A stretch of DNA of 27,832 nt from a virus (Duplodnaviria > Caudoviricetes): the IMG/VR virus record IMGVR_UViG_3300022173_000147, positions 1 to 27,832 of that record; one strand, given 5' to 3'. Below the pieces are notes generated by a model, which saw nothing but the letters and a program-made list of their open reading frames with translations, had not been told where the DNA came from and did not search any database. Of the stretch, positions 1-7,969 are shown piece after piece. The translations under genes were made by a program, and so were the position numbers. Each line of letters starts with the position of its first letter. The first letter of the stretch is position 1.

Positions 1-2597
1 TCGTCTTCCTGCTCGGCATCACGCCTTCTGGCCTGAATGCCTCGAGTGAAGGCGAGATCCGCGCGTTCTACGACTTCATTCATGCCTATCAGATGAAATT
101 CTTCACTGATCCCCTGAAGCGCGTGATCGATTTCATTCAGCTCAGTCGCTACGGCGAGATTGATCCCGAGATTACGTTCATCTATGAGCCCCTGTGGTCT
201 TCGACCGAGAAGGAGCAGGCCGAGATTGACAAGACCCGTGCCGAGACCGATGACCTCCGCATCAACGATGGCGTCATCTCTCCCCTTGAGGCTCGTAAGC
301 GTGTGGCTAACGCTCCTGATACGCCTTACGCTGGCCTTGACGTTACTGTTCTGCCTGTGCCGCCTGGTGGTGGAGGCGAAGAGGACCCGTTCGGCGGCGA
401 AGACCCCAATGATCCCGACGGTGGTCCCGAGGATCCCAACGCACCGCCCGATGAAAATCCCGATCATCGTTCGGCGGGCGAGGACGAAGATATCCCGTTC
501 GCTCAGGACTCTTCTTTTAAGGAAGGCGACCACCCCCGAGGTCAGCCCGAGAACAAGGGGCAGTTCGGCGCAGGCGGTGGTGGCGAGTCAGGCAGCAAGC
601 CCAAGGTAGTCGCACACTACGGTTCCTATGCGGTCGAACACAACGGCGAGCACGTTAAGAACAAACTGGGCAATACCAAATACTTCAACTCGCCCGAAGC
701 CGCGGAGAAATTCGCCAGCACGTATACGGGTGAGCCCGAGGCTCCGAAGGAAAAGAAGCCGAAAGAGAAGAAGCAGCCCGGCATGCCCATGCCGGCTCCG
801 TCTGGTTTCAAGGAGATCGAGACCAACAAGGATTTCACCGATATCGTCAACGCTTCGTCCGAGCGTGGCAACATGACCGACGAAGACAAGCAGGTGTTGA
901 TGCATTACACGTCGCCTGCGTATGCGCCGTTGAACAAAGCGCTGCGTACCGGCAAGGAGCTGTCGCCAGACGCACAGGCGATAGTCGACAAGCTCGACAA
1001 GGCGATCAGCGACTCAGTCGTGCCTGTGGATCTCACGCTCTTTCGCGGTCTTCGCGGTAAGAAGGTGCGCGAGATGATGGACAACCTGTTGCCTGGCGAT
1101 ACGTTGACGGACAAGGGGTTCGTCTCGACATCACTCGGCAAGCACGTCGCGCAAGGCCAGAGCGAGTCCGGTCAACGCACGACGATGGTCATTCGTGCAC
1201 CGAAAGGGTCGAACGCGGCATTCCCTGGCGAGCACAGCTACAACACGAAGGCCGACAACGAAGGCAACAAGATTGACGACGCGCTTGAGGCCATCCTGCC
1301 TCGCGGGTCGCAGTTCAAGTTCCTCGGCAAGAAAGGCGCGACCTACGAGTTCGAATACGTTCACAACAAGGGCGCGCAGGACGAAGGCTGGACCGAGTCG
1401 AAGCATCCGCGCGGTCAACCGGGCAACGCCGGCCAGTTCGGTCCCGGCGGTGGCGGCTCGTCGGGATCAGGCGCACTAGCCTTGGCCAAAAAGGTAACAT
1501 CCATCGTTAATGCTAAGGCGGGTATTAGCGGAAAATATCGACAGAGCATCTCCAATCTTTTGAAAGATCCAGGTGTTTCTTCCGAGTCGAAGAACGCCCT
1601 AAAGAAAAAGCTCATCGAGTCTTACGAGGCCAAGGCAATTCAACTTCAGAACAAGAATGATCCGAAATGGAAAGCCGTTGCCGAGAAGGCCAAGAAATTG
1701 TGGGAGGCCCTCCCGCAGTCCGTTCCGATCAAGACTGCTTTGAAAGAGTCACCGGAAATTCTTCAGAAATTGGATACACCGACCGAGGCCAAGCCGTCGC
1801 CTGAAGAAATCAAGAAGGCGATGAAGGCGACGACTGTCCCGGGCAGCTCTCCCTCGGTTGCTGCGTTCAACAAGAAATGGGGCGGGTTCGCTCCCATCGA
1901 TGAAGCCGACGCCACCCAAAAGATTAAAGACTACAAAAAGATGATCGAAGAAGGCAAGGTCGAAATAAAGGCCGAACAAGAAAAGGCCCAGGCAGCTCAA
2001 AAAGAAAAGGCCCAGAAAGAGGCCGAAGCCATGGCCGCGATGATGAACGATCCTGAAACCGTGAAGCATTATGAGGTGCTCAAGAAAATCACGGGCGGCC
2101 TTAGCCCCCAGCGTAAGAAAGACCTCGACTCGTTGATCACGAAGGCGGGTCTCGCCGATACGGGCTTCAATGCCGTAGACTGTGCGCTGGTTCAAGCGTA
2201 CACCGGTAGTGATTACGGTCCGGTCAACAGACAACTTCGAGAAGGGTCCTTGACGAAGGAGCAATTCGGCTACGCCAAGTCATTGCAGAACGCACTGAAG
2301 AAATTGCCCGACTTCAAGGGCATCGTCAAACGTGGCACCAACTTGCCCGCTGACGTGTTCAAGCAATACAAGCCCGGCTTTGTTGTTCCCGAGCGCGCGT
2401 TCACGTCGACCGGTGAAGGTTACAAGTTCAGCGGCTCACACACTTACGAGATTGAGTCCGTATCCGGCAAGGACGTTCGCAAAATCTCATCGCAGGGTGA
2501 AGGCGAGCAGGAAGTCATCTTCCCGGCCGGATCGAATTTCGAAGTCATCAGTGTGACTGGTAAGCATATCAAGATGCGTCAGGTGGAGAACATCTAA
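1..2597 (+). CDS. Portal protein (DUF1073-type), 5'-truncated, fused to two C-terminal ADP-ribosyltransferase domains
   Basis: The frame is open from base 3 and reads VFLLGITPSGLNASSEGEIRAFYDF...FIYEPLW...GVISPLEAR, typical of a DUF1073 portal C-terminus. ART1 (~873-1361) has YT...LNKALR, FRG, FVSTS, LEAILPRG. ART2 (~2181-2594) has YTG...VNRQLR, KRG, FTST, EQEVIFP. The gene lies upstream of MuF. Confidence 0.85.
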   Translation, partial: VFLLGITPSGLNASSEGEIRAFYDFIHAYQMKFFTDPLKRVIDFIQLSRYGEIDPEITFIYEPLWSSTEKEQAEIDKTRAETDDLRINDGVISPLEARKRVANAPDTPYAGLDVTVLPVPPGGGGEEDPFGGEDPNDPDGGPEDPNAPPDENPDHRSAGEDEDIPFAQDSSFKEGDHPRGQPENKGQFGAGGGGESGSKPKVVAHYGSYAVEHNGEHVKNKLGNTKYFNSPEAAEKFASTYTGEPEAPKEKKPKEKKQPGMPMPAPSGFKEIETNKDFTDIVNASSERGNMTDEDKQVLMHYTSPAYAPLNKALRTGKELSPDAQAIVDKLDKAISDSVVPVDLTLFRGLRGKKVREMMDNLLPGDTLTDKGFVSTSLGKHVAQGQSESGQRTTMVIRAPKGSNAAFPGEHSYNTKADNEGNKIDDALEAILPRGSQFKFLGKKGATYEFEYVHNKGAQDEGWTESKHPRGQPGNAGQFGPGGGGSSGSGALALAKKVTSIVNAKAGISGKYRQSISNLLKDPGVSSESKNALKKKLIESYEAKAIQLQNKNDPKWKAVAEKAKKLWEALPQSVPIKTALKESPEILQKLDTPTEAKPSPEEIKKAMKATTVPGSSPSVAAFNKKWGGFAPIDEADATQKIKDYKKMIEEGKVEIKAEQEKAQAAQKEKAQKEAEAMAAMMNDPETVKHYEVLKKITGGLSPQRKKDLDSLITKAGLADTGFNAVDCALVQAYTGSDYGPVNRQLREGSLTKEQFGYAKSLQNALKKLPDFKGIVKRGTNLPADVFKQYKPGFVVPERAFTSTGEGYKFSGSHTYEIESVSGKDVRKISSQGEGEQEVIFPAGSNFEVISVTGKHIKMRQVENI

Positions 2598-2824
2598 TGG
2601 CTAAGGAAGACGCAATCGGCATGGGTCCCGACGGAAAGATCGAACAGTACAAGAAGGGCGAGCCGATCCCGGCCAAACCTTTTCGTGTGATCGACGCCGA
2701 AGGCAACGTTCAAGAAATGAGTCTCGATGACGACGCTGACAGCGGCGCCGATGATCCGTTCCTCGATCTCGATGATAGCGACCTCGACCTCGAGGAAGAT
2801 GAGGAGGAAGACGATGCCGTATGA
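2597..2824 (+). CDS. Small highly acidic protein (75 aa), unknown function
   Basis: TAATG overlap with the portal-ART stop; the C-terminal half is mostly D/E. Confidence 0.75.
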   Translation: MAKEDAIGMGPDGKIEQYKKGEPIPAKPFRVIDAEGNVQEMSLDDDADSGADDPFLDLDDSDLDLEEDEEEDDAV

Positions 2825-2888
2825 TCAGGTACTTCTGTTATCCGTCACCCTGGGTGCTGTCACCGCTATGCTGAGTGTGTTCCTGTGA
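2814..2888 (+). CDS. Putative 24-aa hydrophobic peptide MPYDQVLLLSVTLGAVTAMLSVFL
   Basis: GAGGAGG lies upstream of ATG 2814, and the TGA overlaps the GTG start of the next gene (GTGA at 2885-2888). It fills the intergenic gap and is not in the ORF track. Confidence 0.5.
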   Translation: MPYDQVLLLSVTLGAVTAMLSVFL

Positions 2889-3670
2889 CTGAAAAGATCC
2901 TCCGATCTGTGTATCCCAACGTAGGCGTCGAGGAAGAATATCGTCGTCGGCTCGTGAAGCTGATTGAGTCGATGCACAAGTCGGTCATGTATTGGGTCGA
3001 GATCCGTTATCGCAACAACGAGCCTGTGATCGCACAGGACGCGAAGACGCCTGCTGTGCAGTTGCGTATGGTCATCGGTAAGTTGAGGAAACAGTGGCTC
3101 AAGCGGTTCAACGATGCGGCGTATGACCTCGCTGAGTACTTCGCGCAGGACGTGAGTGATCGATCTGACGCTCAGATGAAGAAGATCCTGAAGAACGCGG
3201 GCATCTCGGTCAAGTGGAAAATGACGCCTGCGCAGAAAGACATCATGAAGGCGACGGTCGAGGCCAACGTGTCTCTGATCAAATCCATTCCGCAGGAATA
3301 TCTCAAGAGCGTTGAAGGCGACGTGATGCGCTCCATCCAAGTGGGACGTGATTTGGCGGATCTCGCGAAGAGTCTGCAGAAAAAGTATGGTGTCACAAAG
3401 CGCAAGGCCGCGCTGATATCGCGTGACCAGAACAACAAGGCGACCAGTGCCTTCCAACGCGCCCGACAAAAAGAGTTGGGCATCACGCAGGCTGTGTGGA
3501 TGCACAGTCATGGAGGCAAGGAGCCCCGGCCGACGCACGTTGCGATGAACGGCAAGAAGTACAACATCGACGAGGGCATGTACGATGCCGATGAGAAGGC
3601 ATACGTCTTTCCCGGTCAGTTGATTAACTGCCGTTGCACCTCCAAGTCCGTCATTCAGGGGTTCTCATGA
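2885..3670 (+). CDS. Head morphogenesis protein, MuF / SPP1 gp7 family (short form, no toxin extension)
   Basis: ISRDQNNKA, W-x-HS...RPTH...G and PGQLINCRC motifs; position after the portal. Confidence 0.9.
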   Translation: MTEKILRSVYPNVGVEEEYRRRLVKLIESMHKSVMYWVEIRYRNNEPVIAQDAKTPAVQLRMVIGKLRKQWLKRFNDAAYDLAEYFAQDVSDRSDAQMKKILKNAGISVKWKMTPAQKDIMKATVEANVSLIKSIPQEYLKSVEGDVMRSIQVGRDLADLAKSLQKKYGVTKRKAALISRDQNNKATSAFQRARQKELGITQAVWMHSHGGKEPRPTHVAMNGKKYNIDEGMYDADEKAYVFPGQLINCRCTSKSVIQGFS

Positions 3671-3942
3671 GCGCTTCACCAGTGATTTCCCCGATGCTCG
3701 AGCAAGGCATCAACGCCAATGACTCGGATGGGGCTTACTACGTCATCAGTGGCGACTACGTTCAAGTCGTCATCGTCGGCGCAATGCATTTCACCCCGGG
3801 CGAGTACATGCGGGCGCTAAATGATTTGGTTGAGACGCACTTTGAGCTGCACACCTCGAGTTTCATGATGTGTGGTAACGAGAATGCCAAGAGAGTTCTT
3901 GATCGCGGCTTCGTAAGCTTAATCGGACGAAAGGAAAACTGA
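3667..3942 (+). CDS. Hypothetical protein (91 aa)
   Basis: ATGA overlap with the MuF stop; TGATG coupling to the next gene. Confidence 0.65.
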   Translation: MSASPVISPMLEQGINANDSDGAYYVISGDYVQVVIVGAMHFTPGEYMRALNDLVETHFELHTSSFMMCGNENAKRVLDRGFVSLIGRKEN

Positions 3943-4106
3943 TGTCCATTATGACCCTTATTATCATTGTCTTGATCATCCTGCTGCTAGGCGGTTTCAG
4001 CGGCATCGGCGGCGGTCCGTTCTACGGCACGGGCTATTACGGCGGAGGAGGCATCGGTCTTGTCCTCATCATACTGCTGATCCTCGTACTACTGGGACGC
4101 GTCTGA
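3942..4106 (+). CDS. DUF3309-like small membrane protein (54 aa)
   Basis: Translated by hand: MSIMTLIIIVLIILLLGGFSGIGGGPFYGTGYYGGGGIGLVLIILLILVLLGRV. Two hydrophobic segments flank a Gly/Tyr loop and it ends in LLGRV. TGATG overlaps occur at both ends. Confidence 0.8.
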   Translation: MSIMTLIIIVLIILLLGGFSGIGGGPFYGTGYYGGGGIGLVLIILLILVLLGRV

Positions 4107-4417
4107 TGAACCTTTCATCTCTCGTCGGCCCGGTCGATGTCTACGCAGCAACAGTCCTCGTCGCATTTTGCGTTGGCTGTGCAGTCGTCATTACTGTGGC
4201 ACTTGTACGTCCGCCGCGCATCAAACTCGATCACGACTTCAGGCTCGCTGAGTTGACCGAGAAGCACAAGCACGAGCAGCAGACGCAGAGCAACGACATT
4301 GTGCGCGAGCGAGACCTGGCGAAGATCGCGTCGTCACGCGAGGTTGAGTTCAAGCGCATCGATAGCGGCATGATTGACCTCAAGGTCAGTCGTTCCGGTG
4401 GCGATGGGGAAGGCTAA
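4106..4417 (+). CDS. Single-pass membrane protein with charged C-terminal region (103 aa)
   Basis: Hydrophobic stretch VYAATVLVAFCVGCAVVITVALV followed by a charged helical region; coupled start. Confidence 0.7.
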   Translation: MNLSSLVGPVDVYAATVLVAFCVGCAVVITVALVRPPRIKLDHDFRLAELTEKHKHEQQTQSNDIVRERDLAKIASSREVEFKRIDSGMIDLKVSRSGGDGEG

Positions 4418-4418
4418 C

Positions 4419-6992
4419 ATGAACGCTGCCGGCATCACCATTACTACACCTGACGGTTTGGCGTTATTCCTGAAGCGTGGCCCCGACAGTGATCATGCTG
4501 GGACGTGGGCCTGGCCTGGTGGCGGAATTGAAGATGGCGAGACGGCGGAAGAAGCGGCGCGACGTGAAGCGCTCGAAGAAATTGGCTACACGCCGGAAGG
4601 GGAGTTGTCAGAGCTCGATCACAAAGAGAATGAGCAGGGAGCTTTCACGACTTTTCATCACGGAGTCTCCGAGCACTTTCTGCCTAAACTTAATAGTGAG
4701 CACACAGCATATGCGTGGGCGCCGTTGACTGAGCCCCCGTCCCCGCTGCATCCGGGCGTTGCCGACACCATTGATAAGATCCGTCAAGCCGATCTCGCGA
4801 CCGACGAGTTCAATGAGGGTGATCATCCGCGCGCAGACAACGGTCAGTTCGGCTCAGGCGGTGGCAGCAAGATCGACATCAAGTCGATGAAGAAATCGGG
4901 CGGCAAGCTCGGCTCGAACGAAGGCGGCGTCTACACAGACGATGGCGGCAAGAAATACTACGTCAAGAAACCGTCGAGCAAGGACCATGTCAAGAATGAG
5001 AAGACCGCAGCCAAGCTCTATCAGCTCGCCGGTGTCAATACATTGCCCTACGTCGATGCGGGACCCGATCATGTCGCGACCGAGTGGCAGAAACTTGACA
5101 AGAACAACGTCGCTGACCTCACTCCTGCTGAACGAAAGGAAGCAGCGAAGGACTTTGCTGTGCACGCCTGGCTTTCTAATTGGGATGCAGCGGGACTTGG
5201 TGGCGATAACCAGGGATACCACAATGGCAAACCCACCACACTTGATGTGGGAGGCAGTCTTCGCTACCGAGCGCAGGGTGGTCCTAAGGGAGCGGCATTC
5301 GGCGACAAGGTAACCGAGATGCAGACGCTACGTGACAAGAAGATGAACCCCGATGCTGCCGGGTTGTTCGCCTCGATGTCAGACGCAGACGTTAAGGCGT
5401 CTGTGCAACGTGTCGCCGACATATCGAACGATAAGATCCGCGAAGCAACAGACGGCGATAGGGAGCTCGCAGACCGGCTCATCGCACGCAAAGGCGATAT
5501 GATGAAGCAAGTTGGCCTATCACCGACCACGGCGAAGGACAGCTACGCCTTTGATCGTGCCTCGGTTCGTCGATTAGACGCTGATGGTCGTCTGCACGTC
5601 GAGACGTCGAACATCTCGAAGGCGAACGTCTGTCCCTATCTCGGTCGAGAGATCCCGAATTACATCGAACTCGGTCTTGACGCCGACAAGGTCTATAAGC
5701 TGTACCGGGATCCCGAGGAACTCGAGCGTGCAGCGCCCACATTCAATAACCTCCCCGTGCTGAGCAAGCACGTCGAGGTCAATGCCTCGGATCATCGCCC
5801 CGAACTGCTTGTCGGCACGACGGGATCCGAAGCGGCTTTCGATCATCCGTATCTTCGCAACTCATTGGCGGTGTGGACTCAAGACGCCATCGATGATGTT
5901 GAGTCGAGGCGGAAGAAGGAACTGTCAAGTGCGTATCGCTACCGCGCTGACATGAAGCCTGGTACCTCGCCGGAAGGTGAGGCCTACGATGGTGTCATGC
6001 GTGACATTATCGGAAACCACGTAGCGTTGGTTGAAGAAGGCAGAGCCGGTCCCGATGTCGTGGTCGGCGATAGCAAAGAGGAACTAAACAATATGAAGGT
6101 CTCCCAGAAAGCGATGATGGCGCGCGGTGCAATTGCCGCATTCCTCATCCCTCGACTGGCGGCCGATGCCAAGATGCCGTCACTGACGTCCATCTTGCTC
6201 GGCGTCAACGCGAAGAACTTCTCAGAACGAAAGTCTGGGATCACTGCCGCCATCGATAAGGCCGTCAAGGGCGTTCTCGCCAAGGACGCGTCGACCGAGG
6301 GCTTGGTGGCCTTGCTCAACGGACTTGAGAAGGCACCGGTCACCGATGAAGGCGATCCGCTCGATGACGTGGAGCTCGCTGCTCCGCCCAGCGACAAGGA
6401 CGCTGACGGTAATCCCGAGGTCGAACTCAAAGACCCCGGTGTCGAGGCACTTCAGCCGCCCAGTCCGATGGACGCGGTCAAGGAATTTCTCGCGGGCAAG
6501 CTGTCCCCCGAGGACATGGCCGAAGTCGAGAAGTTGTGTGCCAGCGGTGCGACAGACGAACCGCCGGAATTCGAAGGAATGCCCAAGCCGGGCGGAGAAA
6601 TGGTCGGCGATGCCGATCCGGAGAAGAAGGATGAAGAAATGAAATTCGATAAGCCCGCGATGGACGCGGCAATCGCCAAGGCACAGCGCGATGCCATTGC
6701 CCAGGCCAACAAGACCCAGCGTGATATTCGCGATGCCGAGCGCGCAGTGCGCCCGTACATCGGCGAAGTCACGAAGGCGTTTGACTCGGCTTCAGATGTC
6801 TACAAGTCGACGCTCGAAGCGTTGAAGGTGGACGTCACCGGTGTCGATGCTTCGGCGTATCCCGCCATGCTCCGACTCATTCCCGTGCCCGGTGTCAAGG
6901 TCGCTCCGACCATGGACCTCGCACAGGACTCTGCAATCGCCGCCGACTTCGAGAAGCGTTATCCCAACGCCGCTCGTATCGGCAACGTGTAA
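4419..6992 (+). CDS. Nudix hydrolase + kinase-like domain + DUF2213 prohead protease/scaffold fusion
   Basis: ATG 4419 follows GGGGAAGG. There is a full Nudix box (G-GIEDG-E-TAEEAAR-REALEEIGY) and kinase-like motifs (LGSNEGG, YYVK, KNE, WLSNWD, GDN, LDVGG). The DUF2213 part reads AFDRASVR...ISKANVCPYLGREIP...KELSSAYRY...NHVALVEEGRAG. The tail is acidic and scaffold-like. Confidence 0.85.
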   Translation: MNAAGITITTPDGLALFLKRGPDSDHAGTWAWPGGGIEDGETAEEAARREALEEIGYTPEGELSELDHKENEQGAFTTFHHGVSEHFLPKLNSEHTAYAWAPLTEPPSPLHPGVADTIDKIRQADLATDEFNEGDHPRADNGQFGSGGGSKIDIKSMKKSGGKLGSNEGGVYTDDGGKKYYVKKPSSKDHVKNEKTAAKLYQLAGVNTLPYVDAGPDHVATEWQKLDKNNVADLTPAERKEAAKDFAVHAWLSNWDAAGLGGDNQGYHNGKPTTLDVGGSLRYRAQGGPKGAAFGDKVTEMQTLRDKKMNPDAAGLFASMSDADVKASVQRVADISNDKIREATDGDRELADRLIARKGDMMKQVGLSPTTAKDSYAFDRASVRRLDADGRLHVETSNISKANVCPYLGREIPNYIELGLDADKVYKLYRDPEELERAAPTFNNLPVLSKHVEVNASDHRPELLVGTTGSEAAFDHPYLRNSLAVWTQDAIDDVESRRKKELSSAYRYRADMKPGTSPEGEAYDGVMRDIIGNHVALVEEGRAGPDVVVGDSKEELNNMKVSQKAMMARGAIAAFLIPRLAADAKMPSLTSILLGVNAKNFSERKSGITAAIDKAVKGVLAKDASTEGLVALLNGLEKAPVTDEGDPLDDVELAAPPSDKDADGNPEVELKDPGVEALQPPSPMDAVKEFLAGKLSPEDMAEVEKLCASGATDEPPEFEGMPKPGGEMVGDADPEKKDEEMKFDKPAMDAAIAKAQRDAIAQANKTQRDIRDAERAVRPYIGEVTKAFDSASDVYKSTLEALKVDVTGVDASAYPAMLRLIPVPGVKVAPTMDLAQDSAIAADFEKRYPNAARIGNV

Positions 6993-7009
6993 CCTGGAGG
7001 TAATTTCCA

Positions 7010-7954
7010 ATGAATTTCCAAACCTTCGTTGGCACTCAGCCGGCTCCCGCAGTTGCGGGCGACTTCGCTAGTGCAAACCCCCGCTTCTCCGTTGACGCTG
7101 GTCCCGGTGGCCTCGTCGCTGGTGCTGCTGGTGTCTATGTTGGCCGTTTCGCCTGGTGGTCGTTCGCACAGATCGACTCCAACGATACGCCGGCTGTGGT
7201 CAACAACACGGGTACGGGTCCGGTCACCGGCTTCGTGCATCGTGAACAGCAGGGCCTGATCACCACGTTCCTCGCCGAGTCGTCGATGCTCATTCCCTCG
7301 GGCTTCGGCATGACTCTGATGTCCGGTGGTGACTTCTGGTGCGTCAATGACGGCGCCACGGAATGCCTCGTCGGCATGAAGGCCTACGCGAACTATGCGG
7401 ATGGCAAGGTGACGTTCGCCGCCGCGAGCTCGCCCGGCACCGCGTCCGGTTCTGCCTCGTCGATTGCCGCGGCGACCAGTTCGTTCACCGCTTCCATCGC
7501 GGACAATCTGATGACGGTTGCTGCGGGTGGCATCACCGGCACGATCCGTCCGGGCACCACGATCAGCGGTTCCGGCATTGCGTCGGGCACCAAGATCGTG
7601 TCCCAGGTCAGCGGCACCGCAGGCGGCGCTGGCGTCTACACCGTGGATATTCCGGAGCAGACTGTCGCGTCGACCGCGGTCAGTGGCACCTACGGTATCC
7701 TCACTGTGGGCGGCACTGTCGCTGGCGTGTTCGGCGTGGGCAACACCCTGTCGGGCACCAACGTCGTCGCGGGCACCAAGATCACTCAGTTGATCTCGGG
7801 CACCGGTGGCGCTGGCACCTACGCAGTTGATAACAATACCGTTGTCAGCAGCACCGCGATCACCGCGGGTCTGCAAGTTGAAACCAAATGGGTCGCGATG
7901 TCCGCCGGTCTCGCCGGCGACCTCATCAAGATCTCCAGCCAGCCGCTCGGCTAA
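7010..7954 (+). CDS. Capsid decoration/cement protein with two inserted beta-rich modules
   Basis: Lies between protease and major capsid; PAPAVAGDFASANPR, GFVHREQQGLIT, GDFW and C-terminal IKISS motifs; GGAGG RBS. Confidence 0.75.
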   Translation: MNFQTFVGTQPAPAVAGDFASANPRFSVDAGPGGLVAGAAGVYVGRFAWWSFAQIDSNDTPAVVNNTGTGPVTGFVHREQQGLITTFLAESSMLIPSGFGMTLMSGGDFWCVNDGATECLVGMKAYANYADGKVTFAAASSPGTASGSASSIAAATSSFTASIADNLMTVAAGGITGTIRPGTTISGSGIASGTKIVSQVSGTAGGAGVYTVDIPEQTVASTAVSGTYGILTVGGTVAGVFGVGNTLSGTNVVAGTKITQLISGTGGAGTYAVDNNTVVSSTAITAGLQVETKWVAMSAGLAGDLIKISSQPLG

Positions 7955-7969
7955 AGGGAGCACAATTAG

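Noticed and set aside
93-95. ATG 93 as the start of the first gene
   Set aside because: The frame is open to the window edge with portal-like sequence, so the gene starts upstream.
1-350. Anti-CBASS Acb1 label sometimes attached to DUF1073 proteins
   Set aside because: No paired HxT/S 2H-phosphoesterase motifs are visible in the sequenced part. The region is portal-like and the cargo is ART.
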